A stretch of 64,000 bases of DNA from Pyrinomonadaceae bacterium (GTDB taxonomy: Bacteria; Acidobacteriota; Blastocatellia; Pyrinomonadales; Pyrinomonadaceae). A program made the position numbers and the translations under genes. Below the pieces are notes generated by a model. The model made no database searches. It saw only the letters and a program-made list of their open reading frames with translations, and had not been told where the DNA came from. Each line of letters opens with the position of its first letter. Within the stretch, counting starts at the first letter, position 1. Below, piece after piece: positions 1 to 9,129 of the stretch. The stretch spans positions 70,249 to 134,248 of the forward strand of contig DASSFI010000080.1 of NCBI GenBank assembly GCA_035694465.1. Reading direction: 5' to 3'.

Positions 1-914
1 TCGCTTGCGCGACGTTTTTCTTGATCATCGCCGGGGCACTCGTCACCAGTAACGATGCGGGACTGGCAACACCCGACTGGCCGCTTTCAAACGGACAAGT
101 CTTCCCAAAGATGGTGGGTAACCTCTTTTGGGAACATGGTCACCGGATGGTTGCGACTACCGTCGGTATGCTGACGATAGCTCTCCTAGTCTACATTCTC
201 GTGAAAGAGACGCGATCGTGGGTGCGGAAACTCGGCGTCTTCGCGCTGTGTACGGTGATTGCTCAGGGATTACTTGGCGGATTGACAGTGAAGTTGATGC
301 TGCCGTTGGCAGTTTCAAGCGCGCACGCAACGCTGGCCCAACTTTTCTTCTGCACGACCGTAAGTATCGCAGTTTTTACTTCGCGAAGCTGGATGAATGC
401 GATGCCGTTGCCTGAAGAGAAGGGAAGTTTCCCGCTCCGTTATTTATGCACTGCAGCGCTCATAACGATCTTTTTACAGTTGATTCTCGGTGCAACGTTG
501 CGTCATTCGGCGACTTGGGATCGGCATCTGCCGACTGAGTTGATACTGGCGCATATCGGCGGTGCCGTCGCAGTGACGTTAATGCTCGGGACTGCGTGTT
601 TGACAGTTTTGCGACGTCACTCGGAAACGCGATTTCTAACGCGGCCGGCGACCATAGCACTGACACTTCTGGTCGTTCAATTGGGACTCGGTATCGCGGC
701 CTACATGACGCGGCTGGCGTCGCCAGGTGATCCGCAGCCGCTGAATCCGATGATCGCGATCACCGTCGCTCACGTCGCATGTGGCGCGCTCGTGTTTGTC
801 ACGACGATTGTTTTGACCTTACGGACGTATCGAGTCTTGCCGTCGGCAACTGCCTTGAGTGATGTTTTACAGGATTACAGGATGAGACAAGATTTACATG
901 TTAATCCTGAATAA
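1..914 (+). CDS. ctaA: Heme A synthase (COX15/CtaA family); 5' end lies outside the window
   Basis: The frame is open from nt 3, so the TTG at 21 is probably internal. Polytopic membrane protein with TPDWPL and EHGHR motifs typical of CtaA. First gene of a same-strand oxidase string. Confidence 0.8.
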   Translation, partial: ACATFFLIIAGALVTSNDAGLATPDWPLSNGQVFPKMVGNLFWEHGHRMVATTVGMLTIALLVYILVKETRSWVRKLGVFALCTVIAQGLLGGLTVKLMLPLAVSSAHATLAQLFFCTTVSIAVFTSRSWMNAMPLPEEKGSFPLRYLCTAALITIFLQLILGATLRHSATWDRHLPTELILAHIGGAVAVTLMLGTACLTVLRRHSETRFLTRPATIALTLLVVQLGLGIAAYMTRLASPGDPQPLNPMIAITVAHVACGALVFVTTIVLTLRTYRVLPSATALSDVLQDYRMRQDLHVNPE

Positions 915-928
915 TCTTGAAATCTTGT
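869..928. repeat. Family C repeat cluster (CAGGAT / ACAAGATTT units, both orientations)
   Basis: acaggattacaggat at 869-883. acaagattt (887-895) is complementary to aaatcttgt (920-928), and caggatt (870-876) to aatcctg (903-909). Overlaps the ctaA stop. Confidence 0.7.
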
Positions 929-971
929 AAAAACTAACTGCGCGTTTTCTGGATGTTTGTAGGATTAATTA

Positions 972-1892
972 ATGGAAGAGTTTGCTATCGATTTACGAAG
1001 TTCGGCGGTCGACGTGGTCGAGCGGACGCGCTTGTCATTTCGCGAACGTGTCGCGGCGTATGCTGAACTGACGAAGCCACGGATCACGTTCTTAATCGTG
1101 CTGACGTCGGCGGCGGGATTTGCGCTTGCATCGCGGAGCGGTATCGATTACCTCGCGATGTTTCGCGCGTTGCTAGGGATTGGTCTCTTGTCTTCCGGAA
1201 TCGCGACGCTGAACCAGTACGCTGAACGCGATCTCGACGGCTTGATGCGTCGCACGGCAACGCGGCCTCTTCCGTCAGGCAAACTGGCGCCGTGGGAGGC
1301 ACTCGCCTTCGGAGCCGGTATCACGATCCTGGCTGAGATCTATCTGCTCGTTCTCGTGAATCCGTTGACTGCGCTACTCGGGCTGACGGTAATCGCGGGC
1401 TACGTCTTCGCGTATACGCCGCTCAAAACGCGCACGACCTTATCTACACTCGTCGGAGCTTTTCCCGGCGCTGTACCACCACTGATCGGCTGGACCGCCG
1501 CGCGAGGCTCAATCAGTCTCGAGGGCTGGATACTTTTTGCGATTCTTTTTCTCTGGCAGTTCCCGCACTTTCTCGCTATCGCCTGGATGTATCGCGAAGA
1601 CTACGGCCGTGCCGGCATTCTGATGCTGCCGGTCGTCGAACCCGATGGCAAAGTGACCGCGCAACAGATCGTCGTCTACACGCTTATGCTGTTGCCGATC
1701 AGTCTGCTGCCAACGCTGATGGGAATGTCAGGACGGATCTACTTCTTCGGAGCAATCGTGCTCGGACTGCTATTTCTCTACAGCAGTCTTCGGGCGGCAT
1801 TTTCGATGTCACGACAACATGCGCGTCGCCTGTTGCTGGCGTCAGTACTCTACTTGCCGCTGCTGTTTATCTTGATGGTGTTGAATAGTTAG
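972..1892 (+). CDS. ctaB: Protoheme IX farnesyltransferase (heme O synthase)
   Basis: 306-aa UbiA-type prenyltransferase with NQYAERDLD (NxxxDxxxD) motif and many TM helices. Lies between ctaA and the oxidase subunits. Confidence 0.85.
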   Translation: MEEFAIDLRSSAVDVVERTRLSFRERVAAYAELTKPRITFLIVLTSAAGFALASRSGIDYLAMFRALLGIGLLSSGIATLNQYAERDLDGLMRRTATRPLPSGKLAPWEALAFGAGITILAEIYLLVLVNPLTALLGLTVIAGYVFAYTPLKTRTTLSTLVGAFPGAVPPLIGWTAARGSISLEGWILFAILFLWQFPHFLAIAWMYREDYGRAGILMLPVVEPDGKVTAQQIVVYTLMLLPISLLPTLMGMSGRIYFFGAIVLGLLFLYSSLRAAFSMSRQHARRLLLASVLYLPLLFILMVLNS

Positions 1893-1928
1893 ACCGCAGA
1901 TAACGCAGATTAAAAACAGATCTGAATC
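1893..1928. repeat. Diverged Family A-like element (CGCAGAT units)
   Basis: accgcagataacgcagatt followed by the palindrome cagatctg. Fills the ctaB-ctaC gap. Confidence 0.5.
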
Positions 1929-1944
1929 AAAGGAGATGTAACCG

Positions 1945-2796
1945 ATGGGACGAGTTCTTGCGGTTATTATCTGGATTATCACCCTGTTGTCAGTGCTGCT
2001 GTTCGTAGCCGGTAAGTGGTGGTTTCCGGAGGCTATTTCCGAGCATGCTCCAGCCCTCGATCGCCAGTTCCTAATCACGATACTGGTTGTCGGTATTTCT
2101 TTCACCGCGGCCCAGGTCGGTCTGGGCTACGCCGTCTGGAAATTTCGCGACACGGGCTCGCGTAGCGATCGTGCAACTTACTCCCATGGTAGCAATCGTC
2201 TCGAAGTGCTTTGGACGGTCATTACCGCAATCGTTTTTATCACGTTGGGATTGATGGGCCAGAGTGTCTGGGCTTCGTTGAGACTCCACGACGCGCCGGC
2301 CGGTTCGTATTCAGTCGAAGTGGTCGCGCAACAGTTTCAGTGGAACTTCCACTATGCCGGCAAGGATGGCAAGCCCGGACGCACCGATCCGAAGTTCATC
2401 GACGATGGCAGTCTCAACTTCATCGGTCTCGATGCGACGGATCCCGCGGGTGCTGACGACGCCGTAACCTCGGCGCTTGCGATTCCGGTCAACCGTCCGG
2501 TCGAACTGCGTCTGCGTTCAAAAGACGTCATTCACAACTTCTGGGTGCCACAACTGCGCTTCAAACAGGATCTGGTTCCGGGCATGGAAATCAAGGTCCA
2601 CTTCACCGCCAACAAAGTCGGAAAGTATGAACTGGCGTGCGCAGAACTGTGCGGGCAGCTTCACTTCAAGATGAAGAGCTACATGCTCGTGCTCCCCGAA
2701 GAAGAAATCCAGCAGTTGCAAGCCCTGCCGCAGGAGCAATTCCAGGCAAAGATGGTTGAACTGCTGGCGAAGTATCCATTGCCGACCTACAAATAG
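1945..2796 (+). CDS. ctaC: Cytochrome c oxidase subunit II (CuA subunit, no fused cytochrome c)
   Basis: AGGAG 8 nt before the ATG. Two N-terminal TM helices, then a cupredoxin domain with CuA ligand pattern HNFWVP...CAELCGQLHFKM. No CxxCH motif. Confidence 0.9.
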   Translation: MGRVLAVIIWIITLLSVLLFVAGKWWFPEAISEHAPALDRQFLITILVVGISFTAAQVGLGYAVWKFRDTGSRSDRATYSHGSNRLEVLWTVITAIVFITLGLMGQSVWASLRLHDAPAGSYSVEVVAQQFQWNFHYAGKDGKPGRTDPKFIDDGSLNFIGLDATDPAGADDAVTSALAIPVNRPVELRLRSKDVIHNFWVPQLRFKQDLVPGMEIKVHFTANKVGKYELACAELCGQLHFKMKSYMLVLPEEEIQQLQALPQEQFQAKMVELLAKYPLPTYK

Positions 2797-2819
2797 AGAA
2801 GACGACGAGGAGACAACAG

Positions 2820-4706
2820 ATGTCAGCTGAGACTCACGAGGGCGTGCACCGGCACCCGGCACCGACGAGCTTCATCCGCAAGTACATCTTTAGTATCGAC
2901 CACAAGGTCATCGGCATTCAGTACATCATGCTCGCGCTCGCAGCGGTGCTGGTCGGTATGGCGATGTCACTGCTGATGCGACTGAACTTGTCGTGGCCTG
3001 GTACGCATTGGCCCATTCTGGAAACCTTGTTTCCGACGGGCGCGCCAGGCGGTGTGATGACGCCGGAGTTCTATCTATCATTGGTCACGATGCACGGCAC
3101 CATCATGGTGTTCTTCGTTCTCACCACCGCGCCACAGGGCGGCTTCGGAAACTACTTCCTGCCGATCCAGATCGGCGCCGAAGACATGGCCTTTCCGGTG
3201 TTGAACATGTTGTCGTTCTGGGTCACCCTCGTGGGCTTCATCGTGATCCTGCTCGCGATCTTCGTCGAAGGTAATGCCTCACTCGGACAGGCTTTCTCTG
3301 CGCTTGGACCATCATTCACCGGCGGCAGCGGCACGGTTGGACCAATCGGCGGCTGGACCGGTTACGCGCCGTTGAGCGCGCTCGGCAAGATTGCCGGACC
3401 AGGCCAGGGCGCCGGCATGAATCTCTGGGTGATCAGTATCGCCATCTTCTGCGTCGGCTCACTGCTGGGCGCGTTGAACTTCATTACTACGCTACTGAAT
3501 ATGCGCACCAAGGGCATGACGCTGATGCGCATGCCGTTGACTTGCTGGGCGTGGTTCACCACTGCGGTGCTGGCGCTCTTGTCGTTTCCAGTGCTCCTCG
3601 GCGGCGGCATCCTGTTGCTGCTCGATCGCATCGCGGGGACGAGCTTCTTCATTCCGAGTGGTCTGTACGTAAGCGGCCTGCTTTCCGGCAGTAATCCAAA
3701 CTTCCCATTGCATACCGGCGGTTCGCCAATTCTCTGGCAGCACTTGTTCTGGTTCTTCGGACACCCGGAAGTCTATATCGCCATCCTCCCGGGCATGGGC
3801 GCAACGTCGCACATACTCGCCACCTTCGCACGCAAACCGGTCTTTGGTTATCGCGCGATGGTGTTCGCCATCTTTGCGATCGGACTACTCGGGTTCTTCG
3901 TGTGGGGCCACCACATGTTTATCAGTGGTATGAGTCCTTACTCGGCAATCGCATTTTCAGTATTGACGCTCTCGATCGGCGTGCCGTCAGCAGTGAAAAC
4001 ATTTAACTGGCTGGGTACGTTGTGGGGGGCACGTATTCGTTTTACGACGGCGATGTTGTTTGCACTCGGTTTCGTTTCGTTGTTCGTCGCCGGTGGTATC
4101 ACGGGATTGATTCTCGGGCAGAGTTCGCTGGATCTGGCGATGCACGACACCTATATCGTCACCGCACACTTCCACCTCGTGATGGGTGTGGCGTCGATCT
4201 TCGGAATGTTTGCAGCGCTCTACTTCTGGTTCCCGAAGATGTTTGGGCGATATATGAGTGAGGGTATTGGCCGGATTCACTTCTGGCTCACGTTCATCGG
4301 CGTCTACACGATCTTTGTTCCGATGCACATCATGGGAATCGTCGGCATGCCACGCCGCTATTCAAGCTTCGGTGAATATGAATTCCTGAAGACGTTGCAT
4401 CCGCTGGTGCTGCTCGTGTCAGTGGCGGCAGTGATCACAATCTCGGCGCAACTGCTTTTCTACTTCAACGTTTTCTGGAGCATCTTCAAAGGCAAGAAGG
4501 CGCCGGATAATCCGTGGGACGCAACCACCCTCGAGTGGACCACTGCGACACCACCGCCACACGATAATTTTGCGGGAGTGTTACCGACGGTCTATCACGG
4601 TCCTTACGAGTTTGCAGTTCCCGGAGCTCCGAACGATTTCATAATGCAAACTGATAGTGGGGCCGAAGTGCCGGACGGGCATGGCCACAATGGTAACCAG
4701 CACTAA
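2820..4706 (+). CDS. ctaD: Cytochrome c oxidase subunit I
   Basis: 628 aa, at least 12 TM helices, subunit I signatures WFFGHPEVY and GHHMFISGM. Confidence 0.95.
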   Translation: MSAETHEGVHRHPAPTSFIRKYIFSIDHKVIGIQYIMLALAAVLVGMAMSLLMRLNLSWPGTHWPILETLFPTGAPGGVMTPEFYLSLVTMHGTIMVFFVLTTAPQGGFGNYFLPIQIGAEDMAFPVLNMLSFWVTLVGFIVILLAIFVEGNASLGQAFSALGPSFTGGSGTVGPIGGWTGYAPLSALGKIAGPGQGAGMNLWVISIAIFCVGSLLGALNFITTLLNMRTKGMTLMRMPLTCWAWFTTAVLALLSFPVLLGGGILLLLDRIAGTSFFIPSGLYVSGLLSGSNPNFPLHTGGSPILWQHLFWFFGHPEVYIAILPGMGATSHILATFARKPVFGYRAMVFAIFAIGLLGFFVWGHHMFISGMSPYSAIAFSVLTLSIGVPSAVKTFNWLGTLWGARIRFTTAMLFALGFVSLFVAGGITGLILGQSSLDLAMHDTYIVTAHFHLVMGVASIFGMFAALYFWFPKMFGRYMSEGIGRIHFWLTFIGVYTIFVPMHIMGIVGMPRRYSSFGEYEFLKTLHPLVLLVSVAAVITISAQLLFYFNVFWSIFKGKKAPDNPWDATTLEWTTATPPPHDNFAGVLPTVYHGPYEFAVPGAPNDFIMQTDSGAEVPDGHGHNGNQH

Positions 4707-5352
4707 GAAAGTAACGAGCAAGGGGATCGGTTCGGGTGGTAAATTTCCCGGGCCGAACGGTAAGAAGCCAGGCGGGAATGGGTTTCACGGCGGTGGCAAT
4801 CGGCCAAAACGGCCCACCAGTTACCGCCTCACGATGTGGATGGTGCTGGCCGCCATCATCATGATGTTTGGAGCGCTTTCGGCGGCGTACGTCATGGTTT
4901 CCGAAGAGGAACGGAAGCCAGTTCCGATGCCACGCATGTTCTTCGTGAGCACGGCACTGATCCTCGTGAGCAGTGTGACGTTTCAGCGGGCTAAAAGATC
5001 TTTGCAACAGGATCGTCCGGGCGCTTACCTGAGATGGTTATTGGCGACGCTGGGGCTCGGAATCAGCTTTCTGGTGTCGCAGCTCGTTGGTTGGCGCGAG
5101 CTTGCGAGAGCCGGTGTTTATTTTTCCGGACATCCGCGCAGTACGTTTTTCTATCTCGCGACGGCATTGCACGGAGGACATCTGCTCGGCGGCATTGGCC
5201 TTGTGCTTTACCTCGTTATCAGGCGGGTAAGACCGTTGTGGCAATTGCACGCGGAGAAGAACACGGCGTGGACCAGAGTTGTCGGGCTTTACTGGCATGC
5301 GATGGATGGGATTTGGATTTGGTTATTCGCGCTCTTATTGATCTTTAAGTAG
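4681..5352 (+). CDS. Heme-copper oxidase subunit III family protein, paralogue 1
   Basis: ATG at 4681; the track ORF starts at GTG 4657, and either start overlaps the ctaD end. Gly/Lys/Pro-rich N-terminal tail, then TM helices ending in the subunit III motif LYWHAMDGIWIWLF. Confidence 0.7.
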   Translation: MATMVTSTKKVTSKGIGSGGKFPGPNGKKPGGNGFHGGGNRPKRPTSYRLTMWMVLAAIIMMFGALSAAYVMVSEEERKPVPMPRMFFVSTALILVSSVTFQRAKRSLQQDRPGAYLRWLLATLGLGISFLVSQLVGWRELARAGVYFSGHPRSTFFYLATALHGGHLLGGIGLVLYLVIRRVRPLWQLHAEKNTAWTRVVGLYWHAMDGIWIWLFALLLIFK

Positions 5353-5385
5353 ACGCGGATAAACGCGGATTGGGAACGGATTTTT
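5353..5385. repeat. Phased ACGCGGAT / ACGGAT units
   Basis: acgcggat aa acgcggat tgggA acggat ttttt, between subunit III paralogues 1 and 2. Confidence 0.5.
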
Positions 5386-5387
5386 AA

Positions 5388-5948
5388 ATGAATACTGCAA
5401 TCAAAACTGAGGATGCACTAGGGTCACGATATCGGACCGGGATGCTCGTGTCGCTGGCTTCGATTGTGATGTTGTTTACGTCGCTCAGCAGCGCGTACGT
5501 CGTGCGTTCGGGCGTCATGATCGATTGGTTCCCGATTGCCCTGCCACGAGTGATGTTTGGCAGCACGGCGCTGATTCTCCTCAGTAGCGTATCGATTGAA
5601 ATTGCGAGGAGAAAACTCAAGCAAAACGTAACGGGAAGTTATTCACGTTATCTGTTGCTGACTACTGCTCTCGGCATTGGGTTTCTAGTTTCACAGCTAA
5701 TCGCCTGGCGACAGCTCACGAAGCAGGGAATTTATCTCGCGAGCAATCCGTACAGCTCGTTTTTCTACCTGCTGACCGGTGCGCACGCAGTGCATCTGGC
5801 CGGTGGTTTATTCGCCCTTTGTTTTTTGTGGTTTCGTTCGCGGAATCAAGTAGTGCGGCAGGCGACTGCCGATGCAGTTTCGATTTACTGGCATTTTATG
5901 GACGCTCTTTGGATCTACCTATTCCTACTCCTATTACTTTGGAGGTGA
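5388..5948 (+). CDS. Heme-copper oxidase subunit III family protein, paralogue 2
   Basis: 186 aa, 5 predicted TM helices, C-terminal IYWHFMDALWIYLF motif. Clearly similar to paralogue 1. Confidence 0.7.
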   Translation: MNTAIKTEDALGSRYRTGMLVSLASIVMLFTSLSSAYVVRSGVMIDWFPIALPRVMFGSTALILLSSVSIEIARRKLKQNVTGSYSRYLLLTTALGIGFLVSQLIAWRQLTKQGIYLASNPYSSFFYLLTGAHAVHLAGGLFALCFLWFRSRNQVVRQATADAVSIYWHFMDALWIYLFLLLLLWR

Positions 5949-5952
5949 CAGG

Positions 5953-6633
5953 GTGAGCACTGAAGCACGTGCGGGACATTTTCCCGCAGCGGATTGGGAA
6001 GGCGGGGCTTTTCCTTATCGCGTGGGCCATCGCAAGTTGGGGATGTGGCTGTTTATCGTTTCCGACTCGCTGACGTTTTCGGCGCTATTGATCGGCTATA
6101 GCTATTTGCGCGCCTCAAACGTCTGGCCGACTCCGTTTCCTTTCTACCCAAGCATCGTCTTTTCGTCGGTGATGACTTTCTGCCTGCTGTCGTCGAGCTT
6201 GACGATGGTGTTTGGCGTGTCCGCATCGAGTAAGGGCGATAAAGCAAAAGCGAGGAAGTGGATTCTGGCGACAATTTTCTTCGGTCTCGCGTTCATCATT
6301 CTCCACTTGATCGAATGGAATCACCTGCTTCACGAAGGACTGCGGCCGTTCTATCTGCCCGAACACTGGGTGCAGGCTTTCACGACGACTGACGGCGTTC
6401 CACCTTCGCCGCTCTTCGGCGCGACCTTCTTTGCCATTACCGGATTGCACATGTTCCACGTCGCCACCGGAGCCATTTATCTGGCAGTGGTAGCCGCGCG
6501 TGTGAATAAGCTCAACCACGAAGACGTCGAGATCAGCGGCCTTTACTGGCACTTTGTCGACCTCGTCTGGATGTTTGTGTTCCCACTGATTTACATCATG
6601 TCAGTGGATGTTGGCCATCACACCGGTTTGTAA
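5953..6633 (+). CDS. ctaE: Cytochrome c oxidase subunit III (third subunit-III-family gene)
   Basis: In-frame GTG at 5953, 7 nt after GGAGG at 5941-5945; the track ORF start at 5872 would overlap the previous gene. C-terminal LYWHFVDLVWMFVF motif. Confidence 0.75.
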   Translation: MSTEARAGHFPAADWEGGAFPYRVGHRKLGMWLFIVSDSLTFSALLIGYSYLRASNVWPTPFPFYPSIVFSSVMTFCLLSSSLTMVFGVSASSKGDKAKARKWILATIFFGLAFIILHLIEWNHLLHEGLRPFYLPEHWVQAFTTTDGVPPSPLFGATFFAITGLHMFHVATGAIYLAVVAARVNKLNHEDVEISGLYWHFVDLVWMFVFPLIYIMSVDVGHHTGL

Positions 6634-6651
6634 GGGCGGAGGAGAACCGAA

Positions 6652-7014
6652 ATGACTGCACACGCACACGCTGAAGAACATTTCGCCGGTAGCAACAAAC
6701 TGTTCATCTCGATCTGGGTTTGGCTCGTAGTACTGACGCTCGTCGAGATTTTCCTCGCCTACAAGCCCATGCCGATCCATCTCATGCTGGTGGTGCTGCT
6801 GGGACTCTCAATCATTAAGGCAGCGCTTATCGTGGCGTATTTCATGCACTTGAAATATGAACGACTGAGTTTGATTCTCACCATTGTGCCGATGCTGGTC
6901 GTTTGTATTATGCTGTTGTTTGTGTTTTTCCCGGATAGTTTCCGTTCGGCCGGGCTGCGGTATCAGTTCAAGGAGCAACCGCCAGTTGCACCCGCGCCGG
7001 TGGAGGAGCCGTAA
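6652..7014 (+). CDS. Prokaryotic cytochrome c oxidase subunit IV family protein
   Basis: 120 aa, 3 TM helices, AYFMHLKYE motif as in bacterial COX4 family proteins. GGAGG-like site (ggcggaggag) upstream. Confidence 0.7.
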   Translation: MTAHAHAEEHFAGSNKLFISIWVWLVVLTLVEIFLAYKPMPIHLMLVVLLGLSIIKAALIVAYFMHLKYERLSLILTIVPMLVVCIMLLFVFFPDSFRSAGLRYQFKEQPPVAPAPVEEP

Positions 7015-7250
7015 TGAAGTCGAGTTATTGGCGAGTTTTAGTTTTAGTCGTCGTGGCAGTTGCCGTTGTGCTGTTGGCCAGTGGTCATACCGATGCGCAG
7101 TGCTCGATGTGCCGCACGGCTCTGACCAGCGCCAGCAACACGAAATTTATTCGCAACTTCAATATCGGCGTGCTGGTATTGTTGGCGCCTCCCGTCGCGA
7201 TCTTCTGTTCGATCTTCGTCGTGCTGAGAAAATATAGAAGCCACGGATGA
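7014..7250 (+). CDS. Small membrane protein with CSMC motif (hypothetical)
   Basis: The ATG overlaps the subunit IV stop (TAATG). N-terminal signal/TM helix, a CxxC pair, then a C-terminal TM helix. Confidence 0.45.
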   Translation: MKSSYWRVLVLVVVAVAVVLLASGHTDAQCSMCRTALTSASNTKFIRNFNIGVLVLLAPPVAIFCSIFVVLRKYRSHG

Positions 7251-7462
7251 GTGACGATAACCCTTTAGCGCTCGATGTAGAAAAACGCACGACGAGGGGA
7301 CGTGTTTGTCCGCGCTGCGGCGGCAAGATCATCCCGTCGGATCGTGCTGTCTATCAATCGGGCGCAGATCCAACCGGATCTTTTCCGTTGTGGACGTGTG
7401 AAAGATGCGGGTACGAGGAAGTAGGCGAACGCCGCAAGCCGGCGGGAAAAGCAAAGCACTAA
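7247..7462 (+). CDS. Zinc-ribbon mini-protein (hypothetical)
   Basis: ATGA start/stop overlap with the previous ORF. Two CxxC pairs (CPRCGG ... CERCGY). Confidence 0.45.
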   Translation: MSDDNPLALDVEKRTTRGRVCPRCGGKIIPSDRAVYQSGADPTGSFPLWTCERCGYEEVGERRKPAGKAKH

Positions 7463-7475
7463 ACTAATCAATCTG

Positions 7476-7847
7476 ATGCGCAAAGAACTCGGACTCCTGA
7501 ACATTATCTGCATACTGGCCGCGCTCGGTTTTGTAGTGATGGCGCTTGTCAGCGTTATCTCATCGGGCGACTTTCTCACCATCGACAATCTCTTCATCAT
7601 TACCGTGAGCCTCATGATGGCGCTGTTGTTTGCCGTCAACCCATTGCTTTATCTCAAGTCAGAGGGGCGTTTGCCCTTGCCGGGCATGAAGAAATCGATT
7701 GCAGCGCCCGCAGGTGGCGGTGAGTGGGGCCAGATCAAGTCGCAAGCGCCGCCTCTACTCGACGCCAAGGGTCGCGCCATGCCACCCGACGTGCGCGCCA
7801 TTGTCTCTCAAATGGACAGCCATAAAGAGGCACAAAAGACAGTTTAG
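7476..7847 (+). CDS. Hypothetical 2-TM membrane protein
   Basis: Same-strand ORF tightly packed in the operon, with two hydrophobic helices. No recognisable domain. Confidence 0.4.
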   Translation: MRKELGLLNIICILAALGFVVMALVSVISSGDFLTIDNLFIITVSLMMALLFAVNPLLYLKSEGRLPLPGMKKSIAAPAGGGEWGQIKSQAPPLLDAKGRAMPPDVRAIVSQMDSHKEAQKTV

Positions 7848-7849
7848 AG

Positions 7850-8278
7850 ATGAGTGATTTCATCTCTTATTTGCCACACCTGAATGCTTGTCTCAATGGG
7901 ACCAGTGCCATCCTGTTGTTTTTGGGTTATAGGTTTATTCGAGCGGGGAATGTTGCTGCACATCGTACATGTCAGGTTTCCGCACTCGTAGTTTCCATAC
8001 TCTTTCTCACTTCCTATCTCACTTATCACTACTATCACGGCACTACGCGTTTTCAGGGGGCTGGCCTGGCGCGGCCGGTTTACTTCACGATCCTGACAAC
8101 CCACACGATTCTCGCAATCGTAATCGTTCCGCTCGTGGCGTTAACTTTTTTCCGAGCATTGCGAGGTGACTTCGCGCGACATAGACGGATCGCACGCGTC
8201 GCGCTGCCGCTCTGGTTGTACGTGTCGATCACAGGCGTGATCGTTTATCTTATGCTTTACCAGATTTATCCTTCCTGA
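7850..8278 (+). CDS. DUF420 (CtaM-like) membrane protein
   Basis: 142 aa, 4 TM helices. N-terminal LPHLNACLNGTSAILLFLGY and YHYYHG resemble the DUF420 family commonly linked to aa3 oxidase genes. Confidence 0.7.
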   Translation: MSDFISYLPHLNACLNGTSAILLFLGYRFIRAGNVAAHRTCQVSALVVSILFLTSYLTYHYYHGTTRFQGAGLARPVYFTILTTHTILAIVIVPLVALTFFRALRGDFARHRRIARVALPLWLYVSITGVIVYLMLYQIYPS

Positions 8279-8289
8279 CACGTACGCCG

Positions 8290-9093
8290 ATGGCTGTTCC
8301 TGGTTCAAAACCAATTCTATTTCTGGCAATTTTGTTTGTGGCGGCGACGTGTCTCGCCTGGTACTTCTCGTGGTTTGGTCGCGAGTTGTCCGATGCAGAT
8401 ATTTCGAAGTATCTCGCCGACGAGAAGAGCCCGCGACATGTCCAGCACGCGCTGCTCCAGGTTCAACAACGCATGGAACGTGGCGATACCAGTGCAAAGA
8501 ATTGGTATCCGCAAGTAATCAGCCTCAGCGGCAGTTCGGAGACTGAGTTTCGACTGACCGTGGCGTGGCTAATGGGTTTTGATAACAAGTCATCAGAGTT
8601 TCACGAGGCGCTGCTGAGGTTACTGCGCGATCCGGAACCGATTGTTCGTCGCAACGCCGCGCTCGCACTCGTCAGATTCGAGGACAGCAGTGGACGGGAA
8701 GAACTCGTTTCAATGCTCAAACCATACGTGTTGAAGGCGCCAGCGGATGGAGTAGTTGCGAGCAGCATGCATGAAGGATCAACGGTAGGACGCCGCACGC
8801 CCCTCGCTAGAATCGACTTGCCGGATGGAAAAGTAGCTGAACTGCGTTCGCCGTTACCAGGGCGCGTCAACAAGATCTTGAAATCGAATGGATCGCCAGT
8901 GTCAAAAGACGAAGATCTGTTGAGTCTGAATTCGGATGAAGACAGTGTTTGGGAGGCTCTACGCGCGCTTGCAATTGTCGGAACGGCAGAGGATTTACCG
9001 GTGATTCAAAGTTACACAGAAACCGGCTCTGGACGCGTCAAGGAACAAGCCGGACTGACGGCAACGGCCATTAACCACAGATTACACAGATAA
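8290..9093 (+). CDS. Membrane-anchored HEAT-repeat protein with lipoyl/biotinyl-like barrel-sandwich segment
   Basis: N-terminal TM helix and a HEAT-like DPEPIVRRNAALALVRF. The segment VLKAPADGVV...LRSPLPGRVNKI resembles a barrel-sandwich hybrid fold. The last codons (HRLHR) are encoded by a Family A repeat. Confidence 0.5.
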   Translation: MAVPGSKPILFLAILFVAATCLAWYFSWFGRELSDADISKYLADEKSPRHVQHALLQVQQRMERGDTSAKNWYPQVISLSGSSETEFRLTVAWLMGFDNKSSEFHEALLRLLRDPEPIVRRNAALALVRFEDSSGREELVSMLKPYVLKAPADGVVASSMHEGSTVGRRTPLARIDLPDGKVAELRSPLPGRVNKILKSNGSPVSKDEDLLSLNSDEDSVWEALRALAIVGTAEDLPVIQSYTETGSGRVKEQAGLTATAINHRLHR

Positions 9094-9123
9094 AAATCCG
9101 GATTTCATCCGTATCATCCGCGG
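9073..9123. repeat. Family A inverted pair with degenerate right arm
   Basis: Left arm aaccacagattacacagat (9073-9091). Right arm atccgtatcatccgcgg (9107-9123) differs from the consensus mostly by T-to-C. Lies between convergent genes. Confidence 0.65.
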
Positions 9124-9129
9124 CCGGTT

